This document shows, in pieces, positions 49,601 through 60,532 of a stretch of 64,000 nt of DNA. Origin of the DNA: Laetmonice hystrix (taxonomy: Eukaryota); NCBI GenBank assembly GCA_965235115.1, contig OZ249436.1, forward strand, positions 53,136,001-53,200,000, written 5' to 3'. The notes below the pieces were generated by a model. The model was not told the origin of the DNA. It searched no databases and saw only the letters and a list, made by a program, of their open reading frames with translations. The translations under genes and the position numbers were made by a program. How positions within the stretch are numbered: the first letter of the stretch is position 1; each line of letters begins with the position of its first letter.

Positions 49601-52468
49601 GCCAGGCCCTCGGCAAGCCGCAACACTAAAAATCAATCAGCATATTCATCACCTTCTACTACTTTGTGCTGAGGATACACCATAAAGCTATCCCTAACCA
49701 GTTTGCAGTGCATGATGCCCCAAAACACTCCTAGGAATACTCTGGCACAGTGCACTAATTGATGTAGGTAACCGTAACAATCCTGTGTAAACCTATGCTA
49801 CTCAAACCAATGCAGACCAACACAACTCATGTAAATTATCAGACAAATCACATATCACAACTCCAGACTGTTTCAAATGAAATACACCAGGTGGCAGCAC
49901 CAGACTCACTGAAAGTATGAAAATGAAAGTGTATACGACTATGCAACATTTTATGTGCCATCCTTTTAAATACTGTAATTCCCATTGTAAAAGTTGCAGC
50001 TTCTACAAATATCTCCATGCAGATTAAACTAAAAGTTCAAAGAAAGTAGCAATCAGTATGTAAAGTAATCTACCACCTTAGATTAGTGATTTCGGGTCAA
50101 AATTTAAATTGTTATCACACCACGCAAACTATTTATATTCTGAAAGTGTAAATTATGAGAAACTTAACAAAGGAATAATTGGCTCGTCATCTTTATTACA
50201 CACAGTTTTATTAATTTTTTAAAAATGGCAACCTCCATGAAGGCACGCTGCATGACAAAATTCACAAAAAATGACCGCTGTGAGTGCGAGGATATTTTCT
50301 TCATTTCTATCCAATTCTGATCTCAGCATTGTATTCGCTGGGTATTTGTTTGACTGAGCGTCATCCCAGTTGCCAGCAAAAAGGGACTGACATCTCGGGT
50401 CGGTAAAACTATACCTCCAATGTGAACCCACTTCTGTGTACAATTCGTCGGGAATCATGCCGTTTGATCAAATTGGTGTCTTCCTTCCTATCAAACCACT
50501 TCACTGCTCCCTTTTTTGGGGGTTTTTTATCCCATATATTTAATAAATCAGATGTTTGAAAATGCAAACCGAGCAGTTTGATTTCTGTTGCCTGCAATGT
50601 TGCCTCCTAATGCGCATGCGCACTAAAGGCCAGTAGGGGAGCATAATCATCACACAAGGAGCCAAGCACTCCTCCATTATGGCCTGAGATCTGGGCCCCC
50701 CTTCTTAGATAATAGCTGCTCCCTTAGTTTATTTAAAATGCCGGTGTCGCACACTCAGATCTCCGTTAGTCTCTGCACTCCGGGGGTATGGTTTCCTATT
50801 GTTTAGATGCTGAATCTGACTAGCACGCGCTAGTCGCTGTTTGGGCTCACACCTCTGGTCATCTGCTACCTGATGGGCGATGGAGTTTTCTTCCAAACAA
50901 GAATAAACGACGGTCTGTATAGTTAAATTGTAAACCAAGTATCACAGAGGAGATGAGAGTTATTACGTGTGACTCAACTGGAACCTGATATTTCGGATAG
51001 TTAGACTAGAACACATGGCTATGCAGCTAACCTCCCAGAGATCTGAGACCAAGGAGATCTGAGACCGCGACACCGGCCGTGACGATGTTGAAGTGCCCGC
51101 TTGGTTTGAAAAATCACCTGAATCTGCCTCGCAGAAGGACTTGACTCGTCTTGAGCTAAATTCATTGGACTCAATGGCTGAGGGTAAAGGCAAAACTTCA
51201 TTTGAAATCACTGGCTGTGTGCGCATCCCATTCTGCGTGTTTTAAAATTCTGTCATTTGACTTTGTGTAGCTTTGGCAATGGGGAGGCAGAGTATTTCGA
51301 GGCCTATCACAAAGGCAAGGTATTTGTACTAGCGAGCGCAAGCGAGCCGCGCAGCGGCTCGCGAAGCGAGCTCTATGACAACACGTGTGAAACGGTAGCC
51401 AAGGTGACACATACCGTCTCACCAAAAAGTTTCGTCACGTAAAACCGGAACCGGAAAAACCATGGAGCAAATCCATGGAGAAATCCATGGAGGGTCATGT
51501 GACCCTTGCAGCGCGTGTGTGATTTGTGACGTCACAGTGAACAAACAGTCGCGTTAGTGTTTGTTCACTGTGACGCCACAATATCCCGACGTCCGTGCTG
51601 CTAAGTGACCAGTCCTGACATTGTATATTGTTGTAGGCCTCCCGTCGCTGCGCTCGCCCTCTAGGTAGCACCTACATCATATTAATTGTAGTTGTATGAA
51701 TGGATTCCAGTTAGAAAATAAAGCCAGAATCGAGCTAGAACGTCAGGCTTTATCCCAACTTTGACAGAATCGCGATCGCTTCAAGCGGCACCCGTCCGTC
51801 ATCGCTACTTAGCTCTACTTAGATGCAGTGTGTGCCTTGAAACACTGTTGTTGACACGGTGACGGTGCCATGGGGGCGGCATGGTTGATGTGGGGTTTAT
51901 CAACAGAACCTATCATTCAACAATGACAACAATCCACCGATGCAGTGTCAGGAAGATGTTGTCGCGACCGTCAATGCCATTTGCCTTTAGGCAGCTTGAT
52001 GGAGTATTAAGAGGGCTGTTTTGGGTTCTTATTAGCGAGCGCAAGCGAGCTCTATGACAACACGTGTGAAAGGGTTGCCAAGGTGACACATACCGTCTCA
52101 CAAAAAAATTTCGTCACGTAAAACCGGAACCGGAAAAACCATGGAGCAAATCCATGGAGGGTCATGTGACCCTTTCAGAGCGTGTGTGATTTGTGACGTC
52201 ACAGTGAACAGTCGCGTGAGTGTTTGTTCACTGTGACGCCACAATATCCCGACGTCCGTGCTGCTAAGTGACCAGTCCTGACATTGTATATTGTTATACA
52301 GTGTGTACTTATAATATTGTAGGTCTCCCGTCGCTGCGCTCGCCCTCTAGGTAGCACCTACATCATATTAGAAGCTACAGAAACTACTTATTTCTTTTTT
52401 GGACTCGAAATTAAGACTATGATCTGGCCAAACTTCTCACCTCCACACACTCTACAGGGCGCAGCCAT
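46421..52468 (-). CDS. MRPL1: Mitochondrial large-subunit ribosomal protein L1 (uL1m), complete 9-exon model, 355 aa
   Basis: GT-AG exons 52468-52441, 49625-49469, 48941-48728, 48453-48364, 47900-47829, 47654-47534, 47249-47137, 46942-46861 and 46611-46421 join in frame (1068 nt). MAAP start and Arg-rich presequence ending QVRH. Motifs PEDDVW..YY, AIQMHRE, LPHEF, LGAVFVGG, FPHKNKG, INLGRLNM..LSENF, GPFI..PPSPE. Confidence 0.93.
46861..46942 (-). CDS. MRPL1: MRPL1 exon 8
   Basis: 82 nt, LNMTDTELSENFDTYMESICSHRSPSL; tttcag/gtaagg. Confidence 0.9.
47137..47249 (-). CDS. MRPL1: MRPL1 exon 7
   Basis: 113 nt, GNLGTNLKGMVEHFLFGKTYESEKKEEAVGTLKINLGR; tgcag/gtaagt. Confidence 0.9.
47534..47654 (-). 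CDS. MRPL1: MRPL1 exon 6
   Basis: 121 nt, IEKGEIRYDDFNQVVVHLDMLSDLGSIRKFLRDNFPHKNK; actag/gtttgt. Confidence 0.9.
47829..47900 (-). CDS. MRPL1: MRPL1 exon 5
   Basis: 72 nt, DNELRKVAEDLGAVFVGGIDLVKT; ttacag/gtatgt. Confidence 0.9.
48364..48453 (-). CDS. MRPL1: MRPL1 exon 4
   Basis: 90 nt, TKFMNIIRETVRLPHEFEDGTENKVMVFVK; tttccag/gtaaga. Confidence 0.9.
48728..48941 (-). CDS. MRPL1: MRPL1 exon 3
   Basis: 214 nt, KTRMIETVKMKRVLMSKPEDDVWMERYY...LDLRTKKK; ctcttag/gtatga. Confidence 0.92.
49005..49205 (-). mobile_element. Copy of the 14630-14975 repeat family in MRPL1 intron 2
   Basis: AAACACGTAACGGGATGAGG...GGATCCTGTTACGTGTTT internal IR; AACAGTAAACAAGAA matches the reverse complement of 14754-14768. 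Confidence 0.6.
49469..49625 (-). CDS. MRPL1: MRPL1 exon 2 (mitochondrial presequence region)
   Basis: 157 nt, VLRLAEGLARLDLGPRGAVVGCQVLQVRHKKGAGRYRAPPTHKTKEKWVYQG; tttttag/gtatgt; phases match both neighbouring exons. Confidence 0.85.
51331..51684. mobile_element. ~350-bp non-autonomous element with subterminal inverted repeats (HINE/Helentron-like by inference), copy 1
   Basis: Direct repeat of 52034-52370. GCGAGCGCAAGCGA near the left end versus TCGCTGCGCTCGC near the right end. Internal hairpin TCACAGTGAACAAAC...GTTTGTTCACTGTGA. Confidence 0.65.
52034..52370. mobile_element. Same element, copy 2
   Basis: Near-identical to 51331-51684 with small indels; ends ~70 bp from the MRPL1 exon 1 donor. 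Confidence 0.65.
52441..52468 (-). CDS. MRPL1: MRPL1 exon 1 coding part
   Basis: caagATGGCTGCGCCC (MAAPCRVCG), donor gtgaga, phase 1 compatible with exon 2. Confidence 0.85.
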
Positions 52469-52713
52469 CTTGGATATGTTGACCTGCCATCGGCAATTTC
52501 CGCCATGCCCATAGGATATTAAATATTGGCCTTTTTTGTATACTTATATGCAAATATTGAAAGTCTAATGCCAGAAAAACTGAACTTTCTAAAGGATATT
52601 AAAATATCGATCGGATTAATTTAACGATCTACGGAAATTTTCCGACAATACTGAACGGCCAATGAAATCATTCGTTACAAGCGGTTTCGGATGTTGAACT
52701 TAATTTGGCAGCC
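52469..52713. promoter_or_regulatory. Bidirectional promoter/5' UTR region shared by MRPL1 and CNOT6
   Basis: 245 bp between divergent ATGs. ATTGG at 52525-52529 and CCAAT at 52659-52663 (oppositely oriented). Octamer ATGCAAAT at 52548-52555. YY1-like CAAGATGGC overlaps the MRPL1 ATG. Depends on the candidate CNOT6 exon 1. Confidence 0.6.
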
Positions 52714-52741
52714 ATGTTTATTTCGTTGATGTTAATCGGTG
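52714..52741 (+). CDS. CNOT6: Candidate CNOT6 first coding exon (MFISLMLIG)
   Basis: gcagccATG, donor gtgaga, phase 1 and in frame with the 14 open nt preceding the conserved ATG at 58931. An alternative in-frame donor lies at 52769. Confidence 0.5.
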
Positions 52742-53218
52742 GTGAGATTCTGACAAACATCTGGGAAGGTAGCTGCATTTAAAGGATTTTCGATACGGAT
52801 TCCCATCGTGATTTGATGAAGGTATTTAGACGAAATTAATCATTTGAATATGTAGTTAATTTCCTCGTTTGTATATTACATGACCATAGAAACTGGCTTC
52901 GTATTGAACTTCTTTGTCACTCACTCCATCACTGACACTGTCTGACTGAGTGAGAGTGAGACTGAAGTCTGAACTGAATCAGTGAGTGAGAGTCAGTGAC
53001 TGAGTCGTCAAGTCGGTGAGAGGAGCTGCTCAGACTCAGTGAGCCCTTCCAATTCAGACTAGAAATAATGATCTATGACTTTAGGCGGTACCCAGGCGGC
53101 GAGCGCAATTTTATCTAATTACTAAGACTAAGACTAAGTTAGTAAGTAGCCTTTACGGGTTGTGTCCATAATTATTGATAATGACATGAGATGGCGCCAC
53201 CAGAGGTGGAGAACCCTT

Positions 53219-53254
53219 ATAGATATCCCATAATAATTATTATGGGATATCTAT
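53219..53254. repeat. 36-bp perfect palindrome
   Basis: ATAGATATCCCATAATAA|TTATTATGGGATATCTAT. Confidence 0.95.
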
Positions 53255-55149
53255 GCTATGGTGGTAAGATTAGGTTCTAAATCTATGGTCAGGCCAGCTG
53301 TGTTTTTTACCATTTTTGCTCCAGTCCAATCGGTCAAGCATCCATAAACGATGTTGATTGGATGTTAACTTTTCTGACAGACGATTTCACATGAATCGAA
53401 GGTAGAATAAAACGGAAAAGTCACTAAATGCTTACAATCTGTTTATAATCGAAGTGGCAGATAAGGAAGCGGTTTCTAGATTCCCATGTGTTCGTGAAAT
53501 TTGAATTTCAATGCAGTGCAATTCAAGCCAATCAGATTGCTACAATTTTCTGGCTCCTTAAGAGTGGCTCATTCTCCATGGATTTCGGGGTCTGGTTTCT
53601 GGGTACACAGCTCGCTAGTATTAGCCAATATACGGTATATATCGACCTACTACACTGCGTTCATAGGTCGACACCAGCCCCATAGGAATAAAATAAAAAT
53701 GCGTCAAATAAAGCAAGTGTACAGATTCCCAACACTCTGAATGCATTCATGACTACTTCCCGTAACATCGTTACGATGTCTTATCGCTTTTTTTGAGAGG
53801 AGTCGCATCTTATACGTAATTAATATATTAAGACCCGTTTTCTATATGAATTCAATCACAGCCGAATTGCACAGCAGTTCCCAGCCATTTTTTTACAGTG
53901 CGCATGTCCAAACAGAACCAGCAGAGTCGGCAAAGGCACCTAGCAAGGTGTACACAAGTGTGGGTTTGCGAAAGTTCTCCAACAAATTACGATATTCTTA
54001 CAATTGGAAAACGTGAGTGAAGCATTCGAAATTGAGGAGAGATGCCTGGGATACAAGCTGAAGGTGGTTGTTTACATCAAGAATTGGTTCCGGTTCCCTC
54101 GGGCATGTGCACTGTGGCAGAACACATGTTCAAATGTCAGCTGGCGAGTTGGCAATCATTTAAAAAGAAGAGGCGATTCAGGGATATATCTAGGTTGATT
54201 TGGAACAGCGGCCTGCCGTGCCCCCAACAGGCTCCGCCATCCATGCCCTTTTTTGGCCCAAAAGCCGCCACTGGTGCCTTTCTTACAACCAAAGATCTGC
54301 CAGTGGTAAAACCGCCACACATGCCCAGTGAATGCTGCGAAATGACTGCAGTTTTACTTTTAAGTGTATACTACTGGTGAAGCAAGATATTTTAATGAGG
54401 CATAACCACAGATCATAGGGGAAGGAAGGTTTGAATTATTTGTTAAATTATTTTGGCATCAGATGCACAGAAGAACCAATGTTGTACTCGAGCCGATCAA
54501 TTAACATTAACATCTCTAGACTTTGTGTGTTCAAATGCCCCTTCGACACATAGTGCCCTTTTTTGGATATGAGCGCCATGCCCTCTTGAAATCCTAGTTT
54601 AAAAGTTGTTTTCTTGAATCTTTCACTAATAAATTTTATTATTTTAGGGAAAGTTTTGGTTCTTGACTGCTCAGTCTTCCATTACAGAAAATAATCCAGA
54701 ATGTAATAAGTTTCTTGTATATATTTAGAATAAAAAGCAATACTTTTGGAAACATATCCTCTCACCATTATAAATCTGCATTTGAAAAATTCAACCTGAA
54801 CATAAGTTACCGTTAGTGAGAAGGTACTGAATACTAAGAGCAAGAGTCTAACTAGTGTTTCATGACAATTAGAAAAATGCTTTTCAAAGACAAGATGTAG
54901 CTCTGATATTTTGTTGTTTTTGCCTGTTTCTAGGAAACTTGCTGAATTACTGTTTGATGAAGGCCCTGTGTTTCTGGTGTTTTCCCAAATGAACTGGAAA
55001 TAAGGGGTGGATTTGGCTGTAGATCATGCTAATCAATGGTGAGAGGTAAGTGGTGGCTGAAGTTCATCCAAATTGTATTGATCAAGTTAAAATCTTGATG
55101 GGCCATTGTTGGGCTTTCTCTACATGAAAGAATATCCTTAGCCACATTG

Positions 55150-55663
55150 CATTGCTTATAAATGGTAAACCCCCCATTCAAAAGCTAGGAGTCTTAGTCA
55201 ACGATTGGTAATAATGGTCACTGAAATGCCCCCTCAGACCTCAAGTTATGAGGGGTGTTCTGAGGGAGCAACTCATAGTCATCACATTGCTTTGATGAAG
55301 ACCTCATTCGAAAGCCAGAAGCCTTGGGCAATGATTGGTGCAAACAGAAAGAAAATGTATAGCGTGGATAGAAAGTTATGCATCTGTAAGTAGTGCGTGG
55401 TCAGAGAGAATGTTACACATGTGGCAGTCAGAGCTTCAGTCCGCAGGAATGACAATGGAGAGTCTTTCTGAACCCTTTTAGGTTCAGACCTGAAAGGGCA
55501 AACTTGCAAAGGACAGTTAGGACACCCTTGTGTAAACATGATCTTTGGGAACCTGCACTCAGATGTAAATAGCTTGAGGTCTGAGGGGGCATTTCAGTGA
55601 CCATTATCACCAGTCGTTGCATAACACTCCTAGCTTTCGAATGAGGGGTTCACCAAAGCAATG
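55150..55663. mobile_element. MITE-like element with ~100-bp imperfect inverted arms
   Basis: AAAGCTAGGAG...ATAATGGTCACTGAAATGCCCCCTCAGACCTCAAG (55181-55245) is mirrored by CTTGAGGTCTGAGGGGGCATTTCAGTGACCATTAT...CTCCTAGCTTT (55573-55637). Confidence 0.7.
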
Positions 55664-56861
55664 ACTGGGGGTTGTCCTCTCAGAAAAAACGTTACAAATT
55701 TTGGAACATCCCTCATATATTCAAAGTGGCCGCCATATAAGCACATTTGGAGCAATAACTCGTGCAAAATTGTCTTTCAAACTTGGTACTTAAGACATAT
55801 GAGGGACAACAAGCGTGCCATTTTATTTTGTGTTTAAATTAAATATAACTGAGCAAGGTAACGTTCATATAATTTCGATAAACTACGGTTGGGAGGTCAT
55901 ATTTCATTGAGTGACCTTTTTTTTTGGGGGGGGGGGAGAGTTACATTCACGTGAGCATGTACGTTTGATCTCAGACACTATGTGCTGACCTTGTGGCATT
56001 GAGGATTCTGCAATGCCTATATTTTTTTAATGTGTTACAGCTATCACCACTGTGGGGATTCTATTTTGTGCAGTATGTGGAGATATGTATGCCCAAAACC
56101 TTGATATAAAGGGACCTAAAGCACATGTTTATAACTTATGGCCATCAGGTCTTGTTTTCAGACTTGCATGTCATGGCCAGGCCATCACCATAAACCAGTA
56201 CATGTATTTTAAAACAAGCCCTATGTAATTTGTTGCAAATATTTTTGCAAAGAAACTTTCAGTCCCAGTCGTCAAGTTCTAATGACGAGTACATTTGTAC
56301 ATGTATTAATTTAAGGAAAAGAACTCTCAAGACACTTAGCAATGACAAGCACATGTTGTTTCTTGTGGATTACTCTCCTTCAGATTGGAAGGCAAGAAGT
56401 CGTTCTCAATGGTGGACAATGAAGATGTTCGACCTTCCCAGTGTGGTAAGAGATCATTTGAACGTGCGTGTTTATTTTCCTAAAACTAGATAGTTACAAA
56501 AATTGTTCCTGTAATTGCAGACCATTGACGATCAAGTTCAGGCCTCACCATTAAGCAGTTTGATGTACAGGCTCTGGCCCTGTGGGCCAGTACAAAATGA
56601 AAATCACTTACCCTGGTAAGTGGTCCACTGGTCCAAGTATAGGTAATAAAACATAATGTGTAGAAATGAAGTATAGGCTGATGCATTTTTACAGCATCCA
56701 TTAGCCATGACTAGAATGACAAATATAACCGTACGACAAAGTTTAAAGCCTGATTAGGCCAGTCTTTTATAAAAAGGAAGTTACTGTACATAGTGGCCCA
56801 ACATTATGGAAAAAATGACTGGGACCACGGGGCCAGCACTAATGCTGAGACCTGAAGTATA

Positions 56862-58339
56862 CAGGGATGAAAGTTTTCAGGAAATTTCCTGAAATCAGGA
56901 AATTTGAAAAAATCCCCCCCCCCCAAGAAATAACACCCAAAAAAGGAAATAGGCCTAGATCTATAGGCAAAAGAGGTAGGCCTAAGCCAAGGCTAAGTAT
57001 TGCCCTGGACTGTGTGGTGGGCAATTAATATCAAATGAAACAATATCCCCTTCCAGGACGTTTTTTAACACCATGCAGCTCAATATATCTCTACCTGCCA
57101 AAGTTCGTTTATAGATGGGGATATTAGAGTGTCTCAAACCCGTCCAGTGTCACGGGTGCCACCGTGCATAGGCCGGTCTGCCGGGGGTGCTGGTCCCTGT
57201 AGCTGTGGTGACATCGCTCACATAGACCGGCCCGCGTGGGCTGACTTCTACCGGCACGCGGTGGCGTCTGTCCCGTCTGGCAGGCACGGCCCCGTGTCGC
57301 TGTGGTGAGAGCGACTCACCTCAGGTAATGACTTCAGGCAAAATTGATGGTCAGGCAGCTGCGAAGCCCGTTGATTCAGGCTTGCCATTATGCCATATCC
57401 ATGCGCGAGTTTTGCCTGAGCGCTCACTTAGTGATAGCAACGAGACTATAGACAGACCGGTCTGTCTAGTCCCGGTGATAGTGATTAGGCTGACGAACTA
57501 CGCACCATCACAATGTCACTCCTTGCAGGAAACTGGGTCAATTTAGTTCTATGAATCTGCCTAGTATATATGTCAGTAAGTTCTCATAATGTGTTCTTGC
57601 ATATAAATTTGAGGATAGTGGCATTACGTAAGTGGTTTTCACTGAAGTTTTTGGGTTGTCAGGACTTTTCTTTACATTTGTCGATCAGTGCAGGTGTCCT
57701 GATAAGACCGGAAGTGACAATTTTCACAACAACATGAGTGGCACATGGACACACGGGCTGAACCACTCGACTCAGCAAAGCCTGTGTTGCTTGGCTGAGA
57801 GCCGCTGAGGGTCGTGACTGCTGAGGGTCAAGACTGATGGACAGCCTGTGTGGTGGGTCTAACACATGGAAGCTGTTTGACAACGTAATCGGTTGCATTT
57901 TGGACGCTAAAAGCCGACTGGATTCCAATGTTGGAGAGAGACGGCAGAGCCAGGCAGAGGTTGACACTGACTGTGACTGAGTGACAGGCAAGCAACAGCC
58001 TTGAACAGGGGCATGGACTGATGAGTGATGGAGTCTATCCAGCAAATTTGCAGGGGTGGGGGGTTGAGGGGTGGGTGGGTGGGTGGGTGGGGGGGGGGGT
58101 GGCGACTAAATACTGAGGGCTAGGCCCTATAATATATAATAGCTAGGAGGCCTTATCGGATCATGATTGTCTGCTGTTCCTAGCCTGACTTTTTTTAAGG
58201 GTGGGGGGGGGGGGGTAAGCCTAGGATGTGCGCATGAACAAATATTAATTATAGACATTGGCCCCCGCCGCTCCCCCCCCCCCCCCCCCCCCCCAGTCAG
58301 AATTTCAGGAAATTTTACAGCTGGCCACTTTCATCCCTG
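56862..58339. mobile_element. Non-autonomous TIR DNA transposon (hAT-like termini, 6-bp TSD), copy 2
   Basis: Same TIRs and interior as 23500-24959; AGTATA on both flanks. Confidence 0.92.
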
Positions 58340-58916
58340 AGTATATAATTTCTCATATGAAGAGTTTAGGCGGAAAAGCTGCTAAACGCAATTCCCACCA
58401 ATACTGAACTGAAGGTACCAAACTTCAACTTTCAGTGGCATCTTTTCAAATATCAAATCAATTTTGTAGCATTACCCATTCAGGGCGATTCAAAAAAAGT
58501 ATGCTTCGCAATGAATTGCTATTCAAATCCCTTCTGAGTAGCAGTGACTGTGAATCAATTCTTCTGAAGTAAATTATCCCCTGCCATTATATCCACTGGA
58601 CATAAAATGTCCACACACAATCATTTCATTGTAAAACCTGCTAAACGCAAAGCCAGTTTTCTTGCAAATGCCACAAAAACAAACAAAAAATCTGATGGAC
58701 TTAGTGGCTTTTGTGCCTGAACTCTTCGTATTATCCTTTATTTGTGATTAATTATGGAATAGAACATAAAAATAGCAGAAAGCAAAATGTTTGATCAAAT
58801 CTGAATGAGGTGGCATGATGTAGTATAAATATTTGAGTCAATGTCAATTTTTATTTAGGAAACTTCAGCTCTGCCCAGGTGACAAAACCAGACTGAATTA
58901 CCACTGTTACTTGCAG

Positions 58917-59045
58917 GTACTCCAAATAGGATGTCCAAGGATAATAAATATGAGTCCCCAAACCCAAGACGATCTCACACTCTTATGTCTTCTGAAGACG
59001 TAGCATCAGGAAAAAGGTCAACATGGTATGAATTAGAAATCACAG
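58917..59045 (+). CDS. CNOT6: CNOT6 exon with conserved ATG (58931)
   Basis: ttgcag/gtcagt; MSKDNKYESPNPRR...WYELEIT. Confidence 0.93.
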
Positions 59046-60532
59046 GTCAGTATTTCAAGATTGAAATTCAGTAGACATTTCATTGGTCACTCATCTCATG
59101 GGAGCATGCTACTAACAGTCCTACGCAAAATGTAATAAGCTAATAAGCTTACATTTTTTTCACACAAAACAAAAAAAAATTTCCTTTATGGTCCTGAAAG
59201 TCGGTTTGATACTAACAGCCCTGGTGAATAAAATGTCAGTCGCTGCAACCAGTAGCAATTATTGGTGACCCCTGTGCTTTTGGGAGAGAAAAATGGAGCT
59301 TACTACTAGTCAATGCTTGTCTGATCATAGCTGAGATCCTACAACAATCCACATTTATTCAGAGTGGATTCTCAGATGATGAAAGTGTTGATTTGTCCAT
59401 TCAAAATACTTCACAAATGTGGTAGATCATTACTTCAGTTTACTCTTACCTTTCTTCTGAGTGACTTATAAAACCAGTTGACTGCACTGTTGTAGTTTGT
59501 TACAAAATTTAGTTTACTCTTATCTTTCTTCTCTTATCAGGAACCATCCGCAACCTCAGCCCACAGTTATGGAACCTCTACCACCTGACATCGCTCTATT
59601 TAAATGACAACAATTTGTCACGGTTACCACCGGACATTGCCAAGATGCAGCACCTGATGTACCTCGACTTGTCCTCTAATAAGTTGCGAAGTTTGCCAGC
59701 AGAACTTGGCGACATGGTCCACCTACGGGAACTGCTGCTGACCAACAACTATTTGAGGGTGTTACCGTACGAACTTGGAAGACTCTTCCAGCTTCAAACC
59801 CTCGGTGAGAGTCAGTGCACTCAATCATGGAAGAGTGTACAGCTAAAGTTGGGAGCTGTAGGGAAGCAAACACTGAATCACTAATAGCAGAAATAAGGGA
59901 AAAGGATGCTACAAAGCCAACAGAAAGTTCTACATCATCTGTTTATTCTCAATATGTAGTTTTTGTTTTATATACCTTTTCCCCATTACCCCAAAATGGC
60001 ATACAAAATGCTGTTCTGACATGTTGGTTGGTCTCATATTATCAGATTATGCACTAAATTCAAGCTCACAACCATGCCATTCTAGCCTGTTGAATGCCGA
60101 GCTAAAAATCAGGGTTCCCACAGTCATGGAAAATCCTGAGTTTGAAGCCATCTTCGAAAGTCATGGATGTTTGTCTTTTTAAGAAGTCACTAGAAAACTG
60201 ATATTTCAAGATAACACTCATGGAATTTTCACAAATCACCATGATATACCATGATATACCTTGATTTGCAAAGATGTTTATATTCATAGTTAATTCGTAC
60301 TGTCCACAAGCACAGTCTTCATTTAGTTGCAAAAAAAAATTGATTTATATACTAGTACTCAAAAGTCATTGGGCTAGGATATATTTTTGTAATTGTTTAT
60401 TAAAATTGACAAGGGATTGTGCAACCATTTCAGGTTTGAAAGGAAACCCGTTGTCTCCGGAAATCCTCAGCATTTACAGTGAGCACCAGGGAACACAGAA
60501 GTTGCTGACATTCATGTTGGACAACCTTCACG
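58931..60532 (+). CDS. CNOT6: CCR4-NOT deadenylase subunit 6 (CCR4; CNOT6/CNOT6L ortholog), LRR-encoding exons, 3'-partial
   Basis: Exons 58917-59045, 59541-59804 and 60434-60532 give MSKDNKYESPNPRRSHTLMSSEDVASGKRSTWYELEITGTIRNLSPQLW...LDLSSNKLRSLPAELGDM...LRVLPYELGRLFQLQTLGLKGNPL...KLLTFMLDNL, matching the N-terminus and LRRs of animal CNOT6. Nuclease exons not found in the window. Confidence 0.96.
59541..59804 (+). CDS. CNOT6: CNOT6 LRR exon
   Basis: ctcttatcag/gtgaga, 264 nt, phase 1/1. Confidence 0.96.
60434..60532 (+). CDS. CNOT6: CNOT6 exon (GLKGNPL...MLDNLH)
   Basis: atttcag/gtaagt, 99 nt, phase 1/1. Confidence 0.95.

Noticed and set aside
52441..52741. Both divergent first exons have 28 coding nt and a gtgaga donor (possible inverted duplication)
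   Set aside because: No sequence similarity beyond the donor region; treated as coincidence.
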